DNA of 64,000 bases from positions 38,936,001-39,000,000 of the forward strand of contig OX597834.1 in the NCBI GenBank assembly GCA_951406725.2. Direction: 5' to 3'. The position numbers were made by a program, and so were the translations under genes. Position 1 is the first letter of the stretch. Each line of letters begins with the position of its first letter. Origin of the DNA: Octopus vulgaris (Eukaryota). The notes beneath the pieces were generated by a model, which was given only the letters and a program-made list of their open reading frames with translations, was not told the DNA's origin and searched no databases. This document shows positions 12,455 to 24,689 of this stretch, one piece after another.

Positions 12455-12827
12455 TTGTGTGTGTATGCTGTGGTGCACCTGAGCACTGTATACAATAATT
12501 TCATTATATATACATATATATATATCATACATTTATTTATATATGTGTGTGTACAGAAAGGCGTGTTGTTTAACTGAGTGAGCTCAGCGGATTTATAACC
12601 AAAGCTGTTCCATCCGTGACTACCAAGTTGTAACGGGCAGGATTAAATTATCCGTTATGCCTTCCCTTAAGTCGACAGCGCTTGTGTTTTGAAGGCGATT
12701 TGTCTGCTATTTCTAGCAGGTTAAGCGACTACATAGTGGTTCATTCATTACTTCAGTATCAGAAGAATTAGTCCTACAAGAATTTAATGTCTCGATCAAT
12801 TTGTATCTATTGTGTGTAAGAAATATG

Positions 12828-13102
12828 GGCATTCTTTCGATATAACTCGACAAAATCAAAACATTTCACTTCGGGCATTTCCGTGGGTTGTGGAATAATA
12901 GATATAACGAAATTATGCCAGCAATGTCTCGTTTTAAACTTTAAAGAAAAGAAGCTTTGCATATTTCTTCTTACCTCTTTCACGTGTGGATGTAAAATCT
13001 GCAAATTTCCAAGCAGAAAACAGAATCGGACTGTCATTTGCTTCCACGGAAATACCCGAAGTGAAATGTTTTGATTTTGTCGAGTTATATCGAAAGAATG
13101 CC
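12828..13102. mobile_element. Merlin-like MITE, ~58-bp TIRs, 8-bp TSD
   Basis: GGCATTCTTTCGATATAACTCGACAAAATC... and its reverse complement at the other end; perfect TSD GAAATATG at 12820-12827 and 13103-13110. Confidence 0.85.
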
Positions 13103-14055
13103 GAAATATGTGTAGTTTTCCATTTTACAGCGGAATACCATTGCAGCTATCAAAGAGAGAATGGGCGTATTTTGAAGGGTGCCCCAGCATGGCCGCGGCC
13201 TTCGGGCTAAAACATTTTAAAGGATTTTAAGGATTTAAGTAGATATGAAAGTTAAATTCTTGCCTTAACTACACAAGCGTACCTCTCCCCGACACTCTCC
13301 CATAACTTCCAGAAAAATGGATATTGGCAATCCATCGCTTTTGGTCTCAGACCTCCATCAGTGTTCGGCAATTTCTGTAAAGTTTTTATTTATTTACCTT
13401 TATATTCACGTCCTGTTGAAGCTGGCATTCGCTTTGAAATGGATGAGGGAGGTGAAATACGAAAAGATGATCCTATTTTGTTTGCATGTATGTATGTATG
13501 TTTGTTTGCCGAACAATGATGGCAAGTCTGAGACGAAAAACGATAGAATGCCTGGGTATTTATTAATGACATTTTCTACAAATACGCTTGAGATGGAGTA
13601 GAATCCGATTATATCGGAATTTGTTGGGAAAAATGTTTTATCCGAGGGTGGGGAGAGAAGTTTTGGAAAATTAACATGTGCTGTTTTTTTTTTTTTTTTT
13701 TTAATAACTTTCAGAAAATTGGGTATTTTTTAAATAAAATTCTATTAAAATAGCTATCTGATGGTGTAGATTACAATGATATCGGGATTTAATAACATCA
13801 TGATCATAATCATCATTTAACGTCCGCCTTTTATGCTGGCATGGGTTGGACGGTTTGACAGGCGACTGCACCAGACTTCTGTCTGTTTTGGCAGGGTTTT
13901 TACGGTTGGATGCACCTGTTCAGACAACGTCGATTTGATAGAGAGAGTGAGCTGTGTGGCATGAACATTTGATCACTATAAACAAATTTGTGCAGATTGT
14001 TCAGTAAAAACTGAATGCTCATACATCATTTTCAACAAGAGAGTCTATTATTTTT

Positions 14056-14700
14056 ATTGAGTGAGAGAGCAGTGCATGCCATCAAAGTGACACTGGGCTA
14101 AAATATACGAAGCCCAATATACCCATCATGACTACCTGTCTGATAAAGGTTCACCAGGCACATGCATCACAACCATATATGCGCGACATGGTGATCTCAT
14201 TATCAAGATAAACAGCACAAAAGGTCCCTGAATAAGGGTTGTTTAAGGATGTTGAAAGAACCACCCATGTTTCCAGAGGTGAATTATTCAAACCCCAAAG
14301 TATTCCTCTCAACACATGGCTATGATGCTCCCCACTACTTCTGCTCGTGATCAGAGATGCACATATCGTCAGCCACTAAGGGACATGCTCAACAGGTTAA
14401 GGTCAAACAACTGACAAGCAAATCTGTTGTATTGAGCAAAATATTTGCTGTACCCCATCTTTTATACCAAGACAAAACAATGTACATGATAACGCTTCCA
14501 ATCAGTTAAGATCAGAAGCCATGAGAGCCTCTGCCTGGTACTGCATCAGGGCATATAACACTTCCAATCAGTTAAGATCAGAAGCCATGAGAGCCTCTGC
14601 CTGGTACTGCATCAGGGCATATAACACTTCCAATCAGTTAAGATCAGAAGCCATGAGAGCCTCTGCCTGGTATTGCATCCAGGCATAGCCACTGCCTATT
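14056..14700 (+). mobile_element. Interspersed repeat family D with triplicated 66-bp terminal unit
   Basis: Homologous to 22548-23010, 3138-3310 and 52850-53065 (opposite strand); units at 14491, 14557 and 14623. Confidence 0.75.
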
Positions 14701-15369
14701 ATTATTAGTACAGCCATAGACTTGTATTATATTTTAATACTTGCATTGTTTTGGTGAAAAAAAAAATGAAAAACATATATATATATATATATCACCATCA
14801 TCTTTTAACATCCGCTTTCCATGCTGGAATGGGTTAGACACTTTGGCTGGAACTGGTAAGTCGGAGTGCTACATCATCAAGTTCCAGTCTGATTTTGGCT
14901 TGGTTTCTATGGCTGGATGCCCGTCCTAAAGGCAACCACTCCAAGAGTGTAATGGGTGCTCTTTACAAGCCACCAGCATGGGCACCAGTTACGTGACACC
15001 AGCATCAGTCCTGACTATGATTTCACTTGGCTTGATAAGTCTTCTCAAGCACAGAACATCGCCAAAGGCCTCAGTCATTTGTCATCTCCTCTGTGAGGCC
15101 CAGATATATGTATATATGTATGTATGTATGTATGTAAGTAAGCATCAGTGCAGGTACCACATAAAAAGCACTGGTACTGGTACCATGTAAAAAGCACCCA
15201 ATACACTCTATAAAGTGATTGGCATTGAGAAGAGCATCCAGCTGTAGGAATCATGCTCGAACAGACAATGAGGCCTAGTGTGGACCCTGGCCTTACCAGC
15301 TCTGGTCAAACTGTCCGACCCATGCCAGTATGGAGAACAGATGATGATGATGATATGTGTATATATAAT

Positions 15370-15712
15370 GTGAAAGCACATAGCTCAGTGGTTAGAGCGT
15401 CAAACTTATAATTGTGAGGTTGTGAGTTCGAATCCCAGACTGGGCTGCGTGTTGTGTCCTTGAGCAAGACACTTTATTTCACGTTGTTCCACTCTACTCA
15501 GCTGTGGAAATGAGTTGCGACGTCACTGGTGCCAAGCTGTATCGGCCCCTTTGCCTTTCCCTTGGATAACACTGCTGGCTTGGAGAGGGGAGGCCAGTAT
15601 GCATCAGCAACTGCTGGTCTTTCATAAACAACCTTGCCAGGACTTGTGCCTGGGAGGGTAACTTTCTAGGTGCAATCCCATGGTCAGTGTCGTGACCGAA
15701 GGGGTGTCTCAG
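15370..15712 (+). mobile_element. tRNA-derived CORE-like SINE (family E)
   Basis: tagctcagtggttagagcg...gagttcgaatccc head, then gtgtccttgagcaagacacttt CORE-like domain. Confidence 0.8.
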
Positions 15713-16017
15713 CATATATATATAATATATCAAGATTCAGGTGAATAAGGCACTTAAAGGTAAGTCACTGAGTTAAGTCAGAATCAAAATTCATACACAG
15801 CAATTATAGACGAATACCAACAGAAGTACTGACAGGTGGATATTCGGGTTATGTATACAATTAATTGAATCCAACTGAGTATATTATCAGCCCTTGGTCT
15901 AATCCAGAAACGCTCATTATATTAAATATACAGTCCATAATATACTTCAGAACATGTGAGGGGCAGGTTCCGAGAGAGGGGAATTATATATATATTGAAA
16001 TATATAAATCGAAATCG

Positions 16018-16350
16018 ATCAAAAATCAATGGAAATTGTAGTTGTGATGCCAGTGGCACGTGAAAGAACCATCCAAACATGGCCGTTGCCAGTGCCACCT
16101 CGACTGGCCTTCGTGCCAGTGACATGTAAAAAGCACCAACCGATTGTGGCCATTGCCAGCCTCGCCTGGCACGTAAAAAGCACCCACTACACTCATGGAG
16201 TGGTTGGTGTTAGGAAGGGCATCCAGCTGTAGAAACACTACCAGATCAGACTGGAGCCTAGTGCAGCGTTCTGGCTTCCCAGACCCCAGTCGAACTGTCC
16301 AACCCTTGCTAGTATGGAAAGCGAACGTTAAACGATGATGATGAGGAGGA
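16018..16350 (+). mobile_element. RTE-tail repeat (family C) copy
   Basis: Ends ...gaaagcgaacgttaaacgatgatgatg. Confidence 0.75.
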
Positions 16351-16392
16351 TTTATATATATTTATATCTAATCTGTATGTATATCATTTCAG

Positions 16393-16538
16393 GATCCAAC
16401 CAAACTTTGACACAAGAAAGAAACAGCTAGAGGCATGGTGTTACCTGATTCTCGATTACTGTAAATATCATAAGATCTACTGCTTGGATGTCACTGAATC
16501 GCAGGGCTCAGTCCTTTTTTACAACAAAAAGCTAAACC
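16393..16538 (+). CDS. VPS25: VPS25 exon 2 (T-IQPNFDTRKKQLEAWCYLILDYCK...LFYNKKLN)
   Basis: Acceptor catttcag; donor GTATCCTTT (U12 type); 146 nt. Confidence 0.96.
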
Positions 16539-16557
16539 GTATCCTTTCAATGTTTAA

Positions 16558-16778
16558 CCCTTTCGTTACTGTATTTATTTTGAGATGATCTGTGTTTCTT
16601 TCAATTAATTTTAAATATAACAAAGTATTTAGTAAAATAACTTAGTTATCGTTCAGCTAGTGCTAGGAACATAAATTGTGACTAAGGTTTGGTGGAAGAT
16701 TTTAATTGAAAACTTATGAAAACAAGACATTTGTATTCAGAACCAGAGCTGGTTTCAGCCGGGTTGGTAATGAAAGGG
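16558..16778. mobile_element. piggyBac-type MITE
   Basis: TTAA|CCCTTTCGTTAC...GTAATGAAAGGG|TTAA; a related copy at about 23861-24383 is interrupted by a SINE. Confidence 0.85.
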
Positions 16779-17527
16779 TTAATAGTGTTCACCCATTTGG
16801 GTTAAGTTCACATCCCATGGAAACTGGACGAGACTTTCAACACCATTTCAAGCAAGCAAGGTCATCTTTCATTAGAAACAAAATTACTTTAAAAATGCCT
16901 GCCAGGTACAGGTATGGCTGTGTGGTCAAGAAGTTCACTTCCCAACCTCATGGTTTCAGGTTCAATCCCAGTGCATTGGCACCTTGAGCATGTGTCTTAT
17001 ACTATAGCCCCAGGCTGTTCAAATTCTGGTGAATGAACTTGGTAGACAATAACTGAAAGGTGTTGGCTGCTTTTTTATCTTTTATTTTTGACTGTGCCCA
17101 TGCTGGGGCACCACCTTGTCAGTTCTTATGTTGAGTTCAAATTCTACTGAGGTTGACTTTGCCTTTCATCCTTTCAGAGTTGATAAATTAAGTACCAGTG
17201 AAACACTGGGGTCAATGTAATTGACTAATCCTTATCCCCCAAATTTCTGGCCTTATGCCTTCAGTAGAAAGGATTATTATTATTATTAAACAAATATTGG
17301 CAGACATTTTGTCAATCACTTCACTACTTTGGTCTATTCACATATTAAAATAACCCTTTCTACTAAAGGCACAAGGTCTGAAATTTGTGTGGGAGGGTAC
17401 TAGTCGATTACATCGGTGCCCCCAGTCTTTCACTGGTACTTAATTTATCGACCCCGAAAGGATGAAAGGCAAAGTTGAACTCGGAATGTAGCGATGGGTG
17501 AAATACCACCTTACTCTTTTTTTTTTT

Positions 17528-17898
17528 TACTCTTTTACTTGTTTCAGTCATTTGACTGTGGCCATGCTGGAGCACCAGCTTTAGTCGAGCAAATCGACCC
17601 CAGGACTTATTCTTTGTAAGCCTAGTACTTATTTAACGGTCTCTTTTGCCGAATCGCTAAGTTACGGGGACGTAAACACACCAACATTACAGACACAGAA
17701 ACACACACACACACACACGTATATATATATATATATATATATACGACGGGCTTCTTTCAGATTCCGTCTACCAAATCCACTCACAAGGCTTTGGTTGGCC
17801 CGAGGCTATAGTAGAAGACAGGTGCCACACAGTGGAACTGAACCTGGAACCATGTGGTTGGTAAGCAAGCTACTAACCACACAGCCACTCCTTCGCCT
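17528..17898 (-). mobile_element. SINE family A copy
   Basis: Matches 4891-5268. Confidence 0.85.
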
Positions 17899-18328
17899 TG
17901 TAAATATTAATATAATGTCTCATGTCTGAAGAGATTAATTGCCCAAAACCTCATTAGCAATCAAGATTTATTTTATGGAAGATTGGGGTGAGTTGGTCAT
18001 GGTTGGATATTAACTCAGAACAGTTTCTTCTGCTCTCTGGACTTATCCTGATTTTTAATCGGTTTTATGTTGAAACTGACCAGATCCGTCCTTTCACACC
18101 ATCCTCATGATTCCATTCAAAATGTAAAGAAGCACATCATCGAAATCTCTAAACTGCCCGGTAATGCATGAGTCAATTTAAAACGATGTGAGTAAATAAG
18201 CGTGGCATTTCAGAGACTGATTCTGAATGCTGACGAGTAAAGGATCAACAAAAAAAAAATGTTCCGTTCAGTCAACAGTTGTCTCCCTTGGACTGCTGCA
18301 TCTGGGTTTTCGTTTCGTGATTTTCGTT

Positions 18329-18510
18329 CTCTTTACTCTTTTATTTGTTTCAGTCATTTGACTGCGGCCATGCTGGAGCACCACCTTTAGTCCAGCAAAT
18401 CGACCCCAGTACTTATTCTATCGGTCTCTTTTTGCCGAACCGCTAAGTGACGGGGACGTAAACACACCAGCATCAGTTGTCAAGCGATGTTCAGGGGACA
18501 AACATATACG

Positions 18511-18544
<34 letters not shown>

Positions 18545-18710
18545 CGACAGGCTTCTTTCAGTTTCCGTCTACCAAATCCACTCACAAGGCATTGGTCGGC
18601 CCGAGGCTATAGTAGAAGACACTTGCCCAAGATGCCACGCGGTGGGACTGAACCCGGAACCATGTGGTTGGTTAGCAAGCTACTTACCACACAGCCACTC
18701 CTGCGCCTAT
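18329..18710 (-). mobile_element. SINE family A copy
   Basis: Matches 4891-5268. Confidence 0.85.
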
Positions 18711-18747
18711 ACAATATTCGTTGACAATATTCTGCAGTTAATATCCC

Positions 18748-18845
18748 ACTCCCCTCCACTTGGGCATGTTTTCTTCTACTATAGCCTCAGGCCGACCAAA
18801 GCCTTGGGAGTGAATTTGGTAGACAGAAACTGAAAGAAGCCCATC

Positions 18846-18881
<36 letters not shown>

Positions 18882-19150
18882 GCCTGGTGCAGCCTTCTGG
18901 CTTCCCAGACCCCAGTTGAACCGTCCAACCCATGCCAGCATGGAAAGCGGACGCTAAACGATGATGATGATGATGATGTTTGACAACCGATGCTGGTGTG
19001 TTTACGTCCCCGTAACTTAGCGGTTCGGCAAAAGAGACCGATAGAATAATTACTAGGCATACAAAGAATAAGTCCTGGGGTCGATGTGCTCGACTAAAAG
19101 GCGGTGCTCCAGTATGGCCTCAGTCAGATGACTGAAACAAGTAAAAGAGT
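18748..19150 (+). mobile_element. SINE family A copy (5'-truncated) interrupted by an RTE-tail fragment at ~18880-18978
   Basis: Forward-strand match to the family A consensus. Confidence 0.75.
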
Positions 19151-19184
19151 ATATATATATATATGTGTGTGTGTGTGTGCGTAT

Positions 19185-19216
<32 letters not shown>

Positions 19217-19445
19217 AAACACATAAACCAACCCAAAGAAGACATAGAACCTGGTACTGCTCTCTGGCTTGTCTGTTTTTGTCAAGCCAATCCACCCATG
19301 CCAGCATGTAAAAATGGACGTTAAATGCTGATAATGATGAGGATGATGATATAATCGTACACACAACACAATGATAGTCAGCAATATATAGTCGAGTTTC
19401 TCCTCATGTCCTGCATAACCAATTTCTTCCTTGACCTTTCACCAG

Positions 19446-19499
19446 GGAAACTATCCACAGATTCATTAATGACAATTCTTGATGAATTAAAGAAAAAAG
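19446..19499 (+). CDS. VPS25: VPS25 exon 3 (R-KLSTDSLMTILDELKKK)
   Basis: Preceded by U12 branch site TTCCTTGAC and accag; donor gtaagt; 54 nt. Confidence 0.94.
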
Positions 19500-19589
19500 G
19501 TAAGTAATTAATGTTTTACTATTTCTTACTCTACGCATCACACTCAATGTCCTACCAGTGATGCTGTCTACATACCATATGAGTGGAGA

Positions 19590-19770
19590 ACCATCTAGAA
19601 AATGACATATAATAGAAATATTAAAATTAAAATAACATTAATATACTGATGATTAAGTAAATTGCAAAATATACGTTTTTATTATTTTTTTTTTGCAATT
19701 TACTTAATCATCAGTATATTTTTGTTATTTTAATTTTAATATTTCTATTATATGTAATTTTCTAGATGGT
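19590..19770. repeat. AT-rich palindrome, ~80-bp arms, in VPS25 intron 3
   Basis: accatctagaaaatgacatataatagaaat...ttgcaaaa / ttttgcaa...atttctattatatgtaattttctagatggt. Confidence 0.8.
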
Positions 19771-19811
19771 GTAATTCAATTGTTCATTTTGAATTGGTAA
19801 AAGGTGGTTTT

Positions 19812-19857
<46 letters not shown>

Positions 19858-19864
<7 letters not shown>

Positions 19865-20136
19865 ATCACGTGACCGACCAGACCATCAGATGTTGCTACA
19901 CATCGCTGGTCACAATGCGTTCGCATTGTTTTTAGTCTTCGAACGACGCCACCCCGCTGGCTAAGCGAGCAGGCCAACAGAAGAAAGAGTGGTGAAAGAG
20001 TACAGCAGGGATCACCACCCCCTGCCAGAGCCTCGTGGAGCTTTTAGGTGTTTTCACTCAATAAACACACAACACCTGGTCTGGGAATCGAAACCGCAAC
20101 CCTCCTGCCATAACCACTGGGCCATTGCGCCTCCAC
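19858..20136 (-). mobile_element. tRNA-derived SINE (family F)
   Basis: Minus strand gtggaggcgcaatggcccagtggtta...gtttcgattcccagacc...aaacacctaaaagctccacg; same head as 43630-43770. Confidence 0.75.
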
Positions 20137-20298
20137 ACACACACACATATATATATATATATTTCTATTATATGTAATTTTCTAGATGGTGTAATTTTTT
20201 TCTAATTTATATATATATAAGGAAGCAACCACACTACCATACAACAATGATATAGGGATTGATATAGGTTAAAAGTCTTCTGCGTTTCTCTTCCACAG

Positions 20299-20387
20299 GT
20301 CACCTTGAATGGACAGATAAATCTAAACGCCAGTTCACAGTTGTGTGGCGTTCAAATGAAGAATGGGGGAAACTTATTTACAAATAT
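20299..20387 (+). CDS. VPS25: VPS25 exon 4 (G-HLEWTDKSKRQFTVVWRSNEEWGKLIYKY)
   Basis: Acceptor ttctcttccacag, donor gtaagt; 89 nt. Confidence 0.96.
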
Positions 20388-20734
20388 GTAAGTCTTATTA
20401 ATTATTATCACTCTGCATTCTCCCTCCTAACCTCGATTAGGATTTCTCCCAAGCCAATGGAAAATAGCAGCCAAATGACTCTCATGTCATATCCTACTAC
20501 CTTAAAGAAAGGAAGGATGCATTTCACAATCTAATTCCTGACACTTGAAAAAAAGTGTGACAGTCACAGCTGGAATGTCTTTGATTACAGGTGTGTTGGA
20601 TGAGAACTCATCATCATCATCATACATCCGTTTCCCATGCTGGCATGGGTTGGCCAGCTTGACAAGTTCTGGCCAGCTGCAGGGCTGCAGCATCCTGGAT
20701 AGAACTTCCAATATTTCATATCGATTTCTTAGTG

Positions 20735-21385
20735 TTACACTCCATCATGTCAAATTGTTTGTGCCACACTCCATGTGATATCTGTGACACACCTCTACCA
20801 TAATGTCTTATCTATGGCACACTTCACCATGTTACTTTGCCTGTGACACACTCCACCATGATGTCTTGCCAGTTACATAGTCCACCATAATGCCCATGAT
20901 ATCTCTGTATTGCTTTACCTGTGACACACTCCATTATGTTGACTTTCTGTGACACACTCCACTATGACATTATGTCTGTGAAATACTTTGCCACACTGTC
21001 TTGCCTGTGACAGTCCATCAAGATGTCTGTGACAACTCCATGTTGCTTTATCTGACACTATCTGTGACATAGTCTATCAAAATGTCTGTGACAGTCTACC
21101 AACATGTCTGTGACACACTCCATTATGTTGTCTGTCACACAGCATTATTTGACTGTCTGTGACACACTCTATCATGATGTCTAACACTCTGCCATGATGT
21201 CTTGTCTGTGACATAATCTACCAAAATGTCTAACACACTCCATTATGTTGTCTGTGACACACTCCATTATGTTGACTGTGTGACATACTCCACCATGATG
21301 TTTTGACTGTGACACTTTATGACGCACTCCATCATGATGTCTGTAACATCCTCCACCGTGATGTCTTGGCTGTGACACACTTCCT
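20735..21385. repeat. Degenerate minisatellite, ~25-29-bp unit (tgtgacacactccatcatgatgtc)
   Basis: About 20 or more imperfect units in VPS25 intron 4. Confidence 0.85.
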
Positions 21386-21633
21386 ACCCTAATGACCCAT
21401 ATCTATGCCTTGGTTAGTCTGCATCATTCTGTAGAGGACATTGGACTTCCTGGTTTCTCTGGCATATCATCCCTCCCTGGATGGGGCACCAGTCCGTCGC
21501 AGACACCTTCGCCTTATTTCCTCGGAAACAACTGCAAGCAACCCCCCATCCCTCGCCAAGAAAAATGGAATCAACCAACCAAATCACCTGATCACCTGTA
21601 TAGTAAGTGTTGTGTAATTTCTTCTATTTTCAG

Positions 21634-21709
21634 ATCACAGACAATGGAATGACTGACACAGTGTGTACTCTGTTTGAGTTGACCTCTGGTGAAGATACTG
21701 TAAATAAAG
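21634..21709 (+). CDS. VPS25: VPS25 exon 5 (ITDNGMTDTVCTLFELTSGEDTVNK)
   Basis: Acceptor ctattttcag, donor gtaagt; 76 nt. Confidence 0.96.
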
Positions 21710-22547
21710 GTAAGTTGGCAGATAAAAGGGTTCATCATCATCGTTTAACGTTCACCTTCCATGCATGCATGGGTAGGATGGTTGACAGGAGCCAGCCAGG
21801 TAGAAAACTACCTTAGATTATTGTGTCTGTTTTGGCAGGGTTTTTATGGCTGGATGCCCTTCCTAACACCAACCACTCTGCAAAGTGGACTCGGTGCTTT
21901 TTACGTGACAATAGGACGAAAGACCAAGACCTCTGGAGATATGTTGTGACTGTGAATACCCAGCAAATAAAATGAGTCATGGCTGTATCCTACACCAGTT
22001 TTGCATAACCAGCCCCAGCCCATTCAAAAGTACCTTGGATCGTGGGGCAACCTGCTGTGCTTGAGGAGACCTATTGAGTCAAGTACATCAACATCAAAAT
22101 GAAAATCAAATGGAAATTGTAGCTGTGATCCCCATGCCGGTGGCATGTAAAAAGCACCAACCGATCACAGCCTTTGTGTCTGTTTTGGCAGGGTTTTTAT
22201 GGCTGGATGCCCTTCCTAATACCAACCACTTTACACAGTTTATTCCTTTTCCTCCCAAAGTCTTCGTCTTGCTAAAGACACTGCCACTGCTCAAATCTGA
22301 CATTTTCCTGCTTTCCATGACCTTCCCAAATATTTCAATTCGTTAACATGTCTCGTTTTCTCCTCAGATGTTTCAATTAGATTACATTGGTTTCACTTTT
22401 ACTATTTTTATCATTAATTTACTTGTCATTAACACGATGAGTTGGCAGAATCGTTAGCATTACATTTGAAATCATTGCGAGACCATTGGTGTAACCTTGG
22501 TGGAGGTTTGTGTTCTCTGAGTGTTCTTGTTATTTTTATTATTATTA

Positions 22548-23010
22548 TTGAGTGAGAGAGTAGTACATGCCATCAAAGGGACACTCGGGTAAAATATACA
22601 AAGCCCAGTATAGCCATCATGACTACCCGTCTGATAAGGGTACACCAGGCACATGCATCACAACCATATGTGCTCAACATGGTGATCTCATCAAGATAAG
22701 CTGCGCATGACCTCACAGGTGGAGCCCAGTTAGAATTTTCTTCTGGTCAAGTAACCCATCCCACTCAAAAGGTCCCTGAATAATGGTTATTTAAGGATGT
22801 TGAAAGAACCACCCATGTTTCCAGAGTTGATTTATTCAAACTCCAAAGAATCCCTCTCAACACATGGCTATGATGCTTCCCCACTACTTCTGCTCGTGAT
22901 CAGAGATGCACATATCGTCAGCCACTAAGGGACATGGTCAACTGGTTATGGTCAAGCAAATCTGTGGTATTGAGCAGAATATTTGCTGTAGCCCATCTTT
23001 TATACTAAGT
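22548..23010 (+). mobile_element. Interspersed repeat family D copy flanked by (ATT)n
   Basis: Matches 14056-14470. Confidence 0.75.
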
Positions 23011-23061
23011 ATTATTATTATTATTATTATTATTCTTTTTTATTTTGTATTTCTGTTGTAG

Positions 23062-23174
23062 AATTTCATGGACTTGAGAAACCGTTGTTGATCAAAGCCT
23101 TAAAGACTCTGGAGAATGAAGGTAAAGCAGAGTTGATGCTGACCGAAAGTATTGAGGGAGTGAAATTCTTCTAA
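23062..23174 (+). CDS. VPS25: VPS25 exon 6 (E-FHGLEKPLLIKALKTLENEGKAELMLTESIEGVKFF*)
   Basis: Acceptor ttctgttgtag; TAA stop at 23172-23174. Confidence 0.96.
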
Positions 23175-23520
23175 ACGAACAATCGCTTTGCTTTGCTCTT
23201 ACCTGCATCCTAACATATGTATGCGTGTAATACATATGTAAGTGCACACGCATACATTCATATACAAACACACACACACATTATATATATATATATATAT
23301 AGACTCAAACTCACATTTATGGGAAAGACTTTAGTTTGTATTCAGTCAATGTAACAACAACTAAGCTACCGTTCTTTTATGGAATGTGAACTGCTGAGGC
23401 TGATACAACTAAAACTGCCGTATCAACTGCATGATAAAGAGAAGAAAAAACAAATGGCTTCATTTATAAACAGGACAAACATTGATATTGTATAAAAACT
23501 GGTATGTCTTTCATGTTTAA

Positions 23521-23779
23521 CTCTTTTGCACTTAAACTGGCCATATCCGGCCCAAATATATTCCACCTGGTTTCTTTTTTTTTTTTTTTCTTTTTTTTTT
23601 TATGTCCGAACCGGTCAGATCTGGGTTCTCACACCTACCTTACAATGTCATTCTAAAAATATGCTACAGCATTCATCAAAAATTTTTGAAGCTATGAGAT
23701 TGAGATAATGCATGATTCATTCAAAACAATGTGAAAAAGTAAGCGTTACATTTGACAGAATAATGTGAATGTTAAAGGG
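23521..23779. mobile_element. piggyBac-type MITE (second family)
   Basis: TTAA|CTCTTTTGCACTTA...TGAATGTTAAAGGG|TTAA; related fragments at ~18010-18240 and ~5730-5815. Confidence 0.7.
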
Positions 23780-24689
23780 TTAACCTTGAGGTCACTTAAA
23801 GCCTTGTGTTTGACCTGTGGGCAGGCATTTAAGGGCTGTTTGACCTGCGGGAAGATTCACTTAACCCAGTTTCCGTTATCATATTTCTGTTGAGATGTTC
23901 TGTGTTTGTGTCAATTTTTAAATATAAAAAAGAATTTAGTAAAATAACTTTGTTATTATTATTATTATTATCATTATTATTATTATTATTAAGCTGGTAT
24001 TCAAGGCAGTGAGCTGGCAGACTCATTAGCACATCAGGCAAAATGCTTAACGGCATTTCATCCGTCCTTATGTTCCGAGTTCAAATTCTGCCAAAGTCAA
24101 CTTAACCTTTCATCCTTTCAGGGTCGATAAATTAAGTACCAGTGAAACACCGGGGTCGATGTAATCGACTAGTCCCCTCCCCCACAAATTTCAGGTCTTG
24201 TGCCAGAAGGGCTATACCAGGCCCCAGTTGTTTATTCAGGTTTCTATACCTGGGTGCTCTTTCTAAGTTAATGTTAGGAACATAAATTAACTCTAAGTTT
24301 TGATGGAAGAACTTTTGGAAGCAAGACATTTGTATTAGAGAGCCAGGGGTGGTCTTGGACTGGTTGGTATTGAAAGGGTTATTAAAAAGGTTCTGTGTAA
24401 AACTGACCATCAATACACAGTAATAACATCAACAACATAAGAAAATACAACTGACTTTTAACAATATCTGGGTTCGTTTTTTTTTTTTTTTTTCAAAATA
24501 TTTTGTTTTTCATTTTATATTTTGTTCTATTTATCATCATCATCATCATCGTCATTTAATGTCTGTTTTCCATGCTGGCATGGGTTGGATGGTTTGACTA
24601 GAGCTATACCAGGCTCCAGTTGTCTGTTTTGGTGTGGTTTCTATGTCGTGATGCTCTTCCTAATGCCAGCCATTTTGCAGAGTGTACTG

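Larger units (their letters stand above)
16539..19445 (+). other. U12-type (minor spliceosome) GT-AG intron, VPS25 intron 2
   Basis: 5' splice site GTATCCTTT (16539-16547); branch motif TTCCTTGAC (19427-19435) with the A 11 nt before the intron end; no long polypyrimidine tract after it. Confidence 0.9.
12173..23174 (+). other. VPS25: VPS25 gene, complete coding span (ESCRT-II subunit VPS25/EAP20), 6 exons, 528 nt CDS, 175 aa
   Basis: Exons of 50+146+54+89+76+113 nt splice in frame from MAEFQWPWQYNFPPFFT to EGVKFF*; hallmark WPWQY.FPPFFT, EEWGKLIY, TLFELT.GEDT, EFHGL and GVKFF. Confidence 0.97.

Noticed and set aside
13260-13780. Possible Helentron/HINE-like element (short internal inverted repeats plus GTAT microsatellite)
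   Set aside because: Termini could not be defined by eye; insufficient support
19640-19720. CTGATGA within the intron 3 palindrome as a hammerhead or box C/D snoRNA
   Set aside because: No correctly placed GAAA/NUH and no downstream D box; explained by the palindrome
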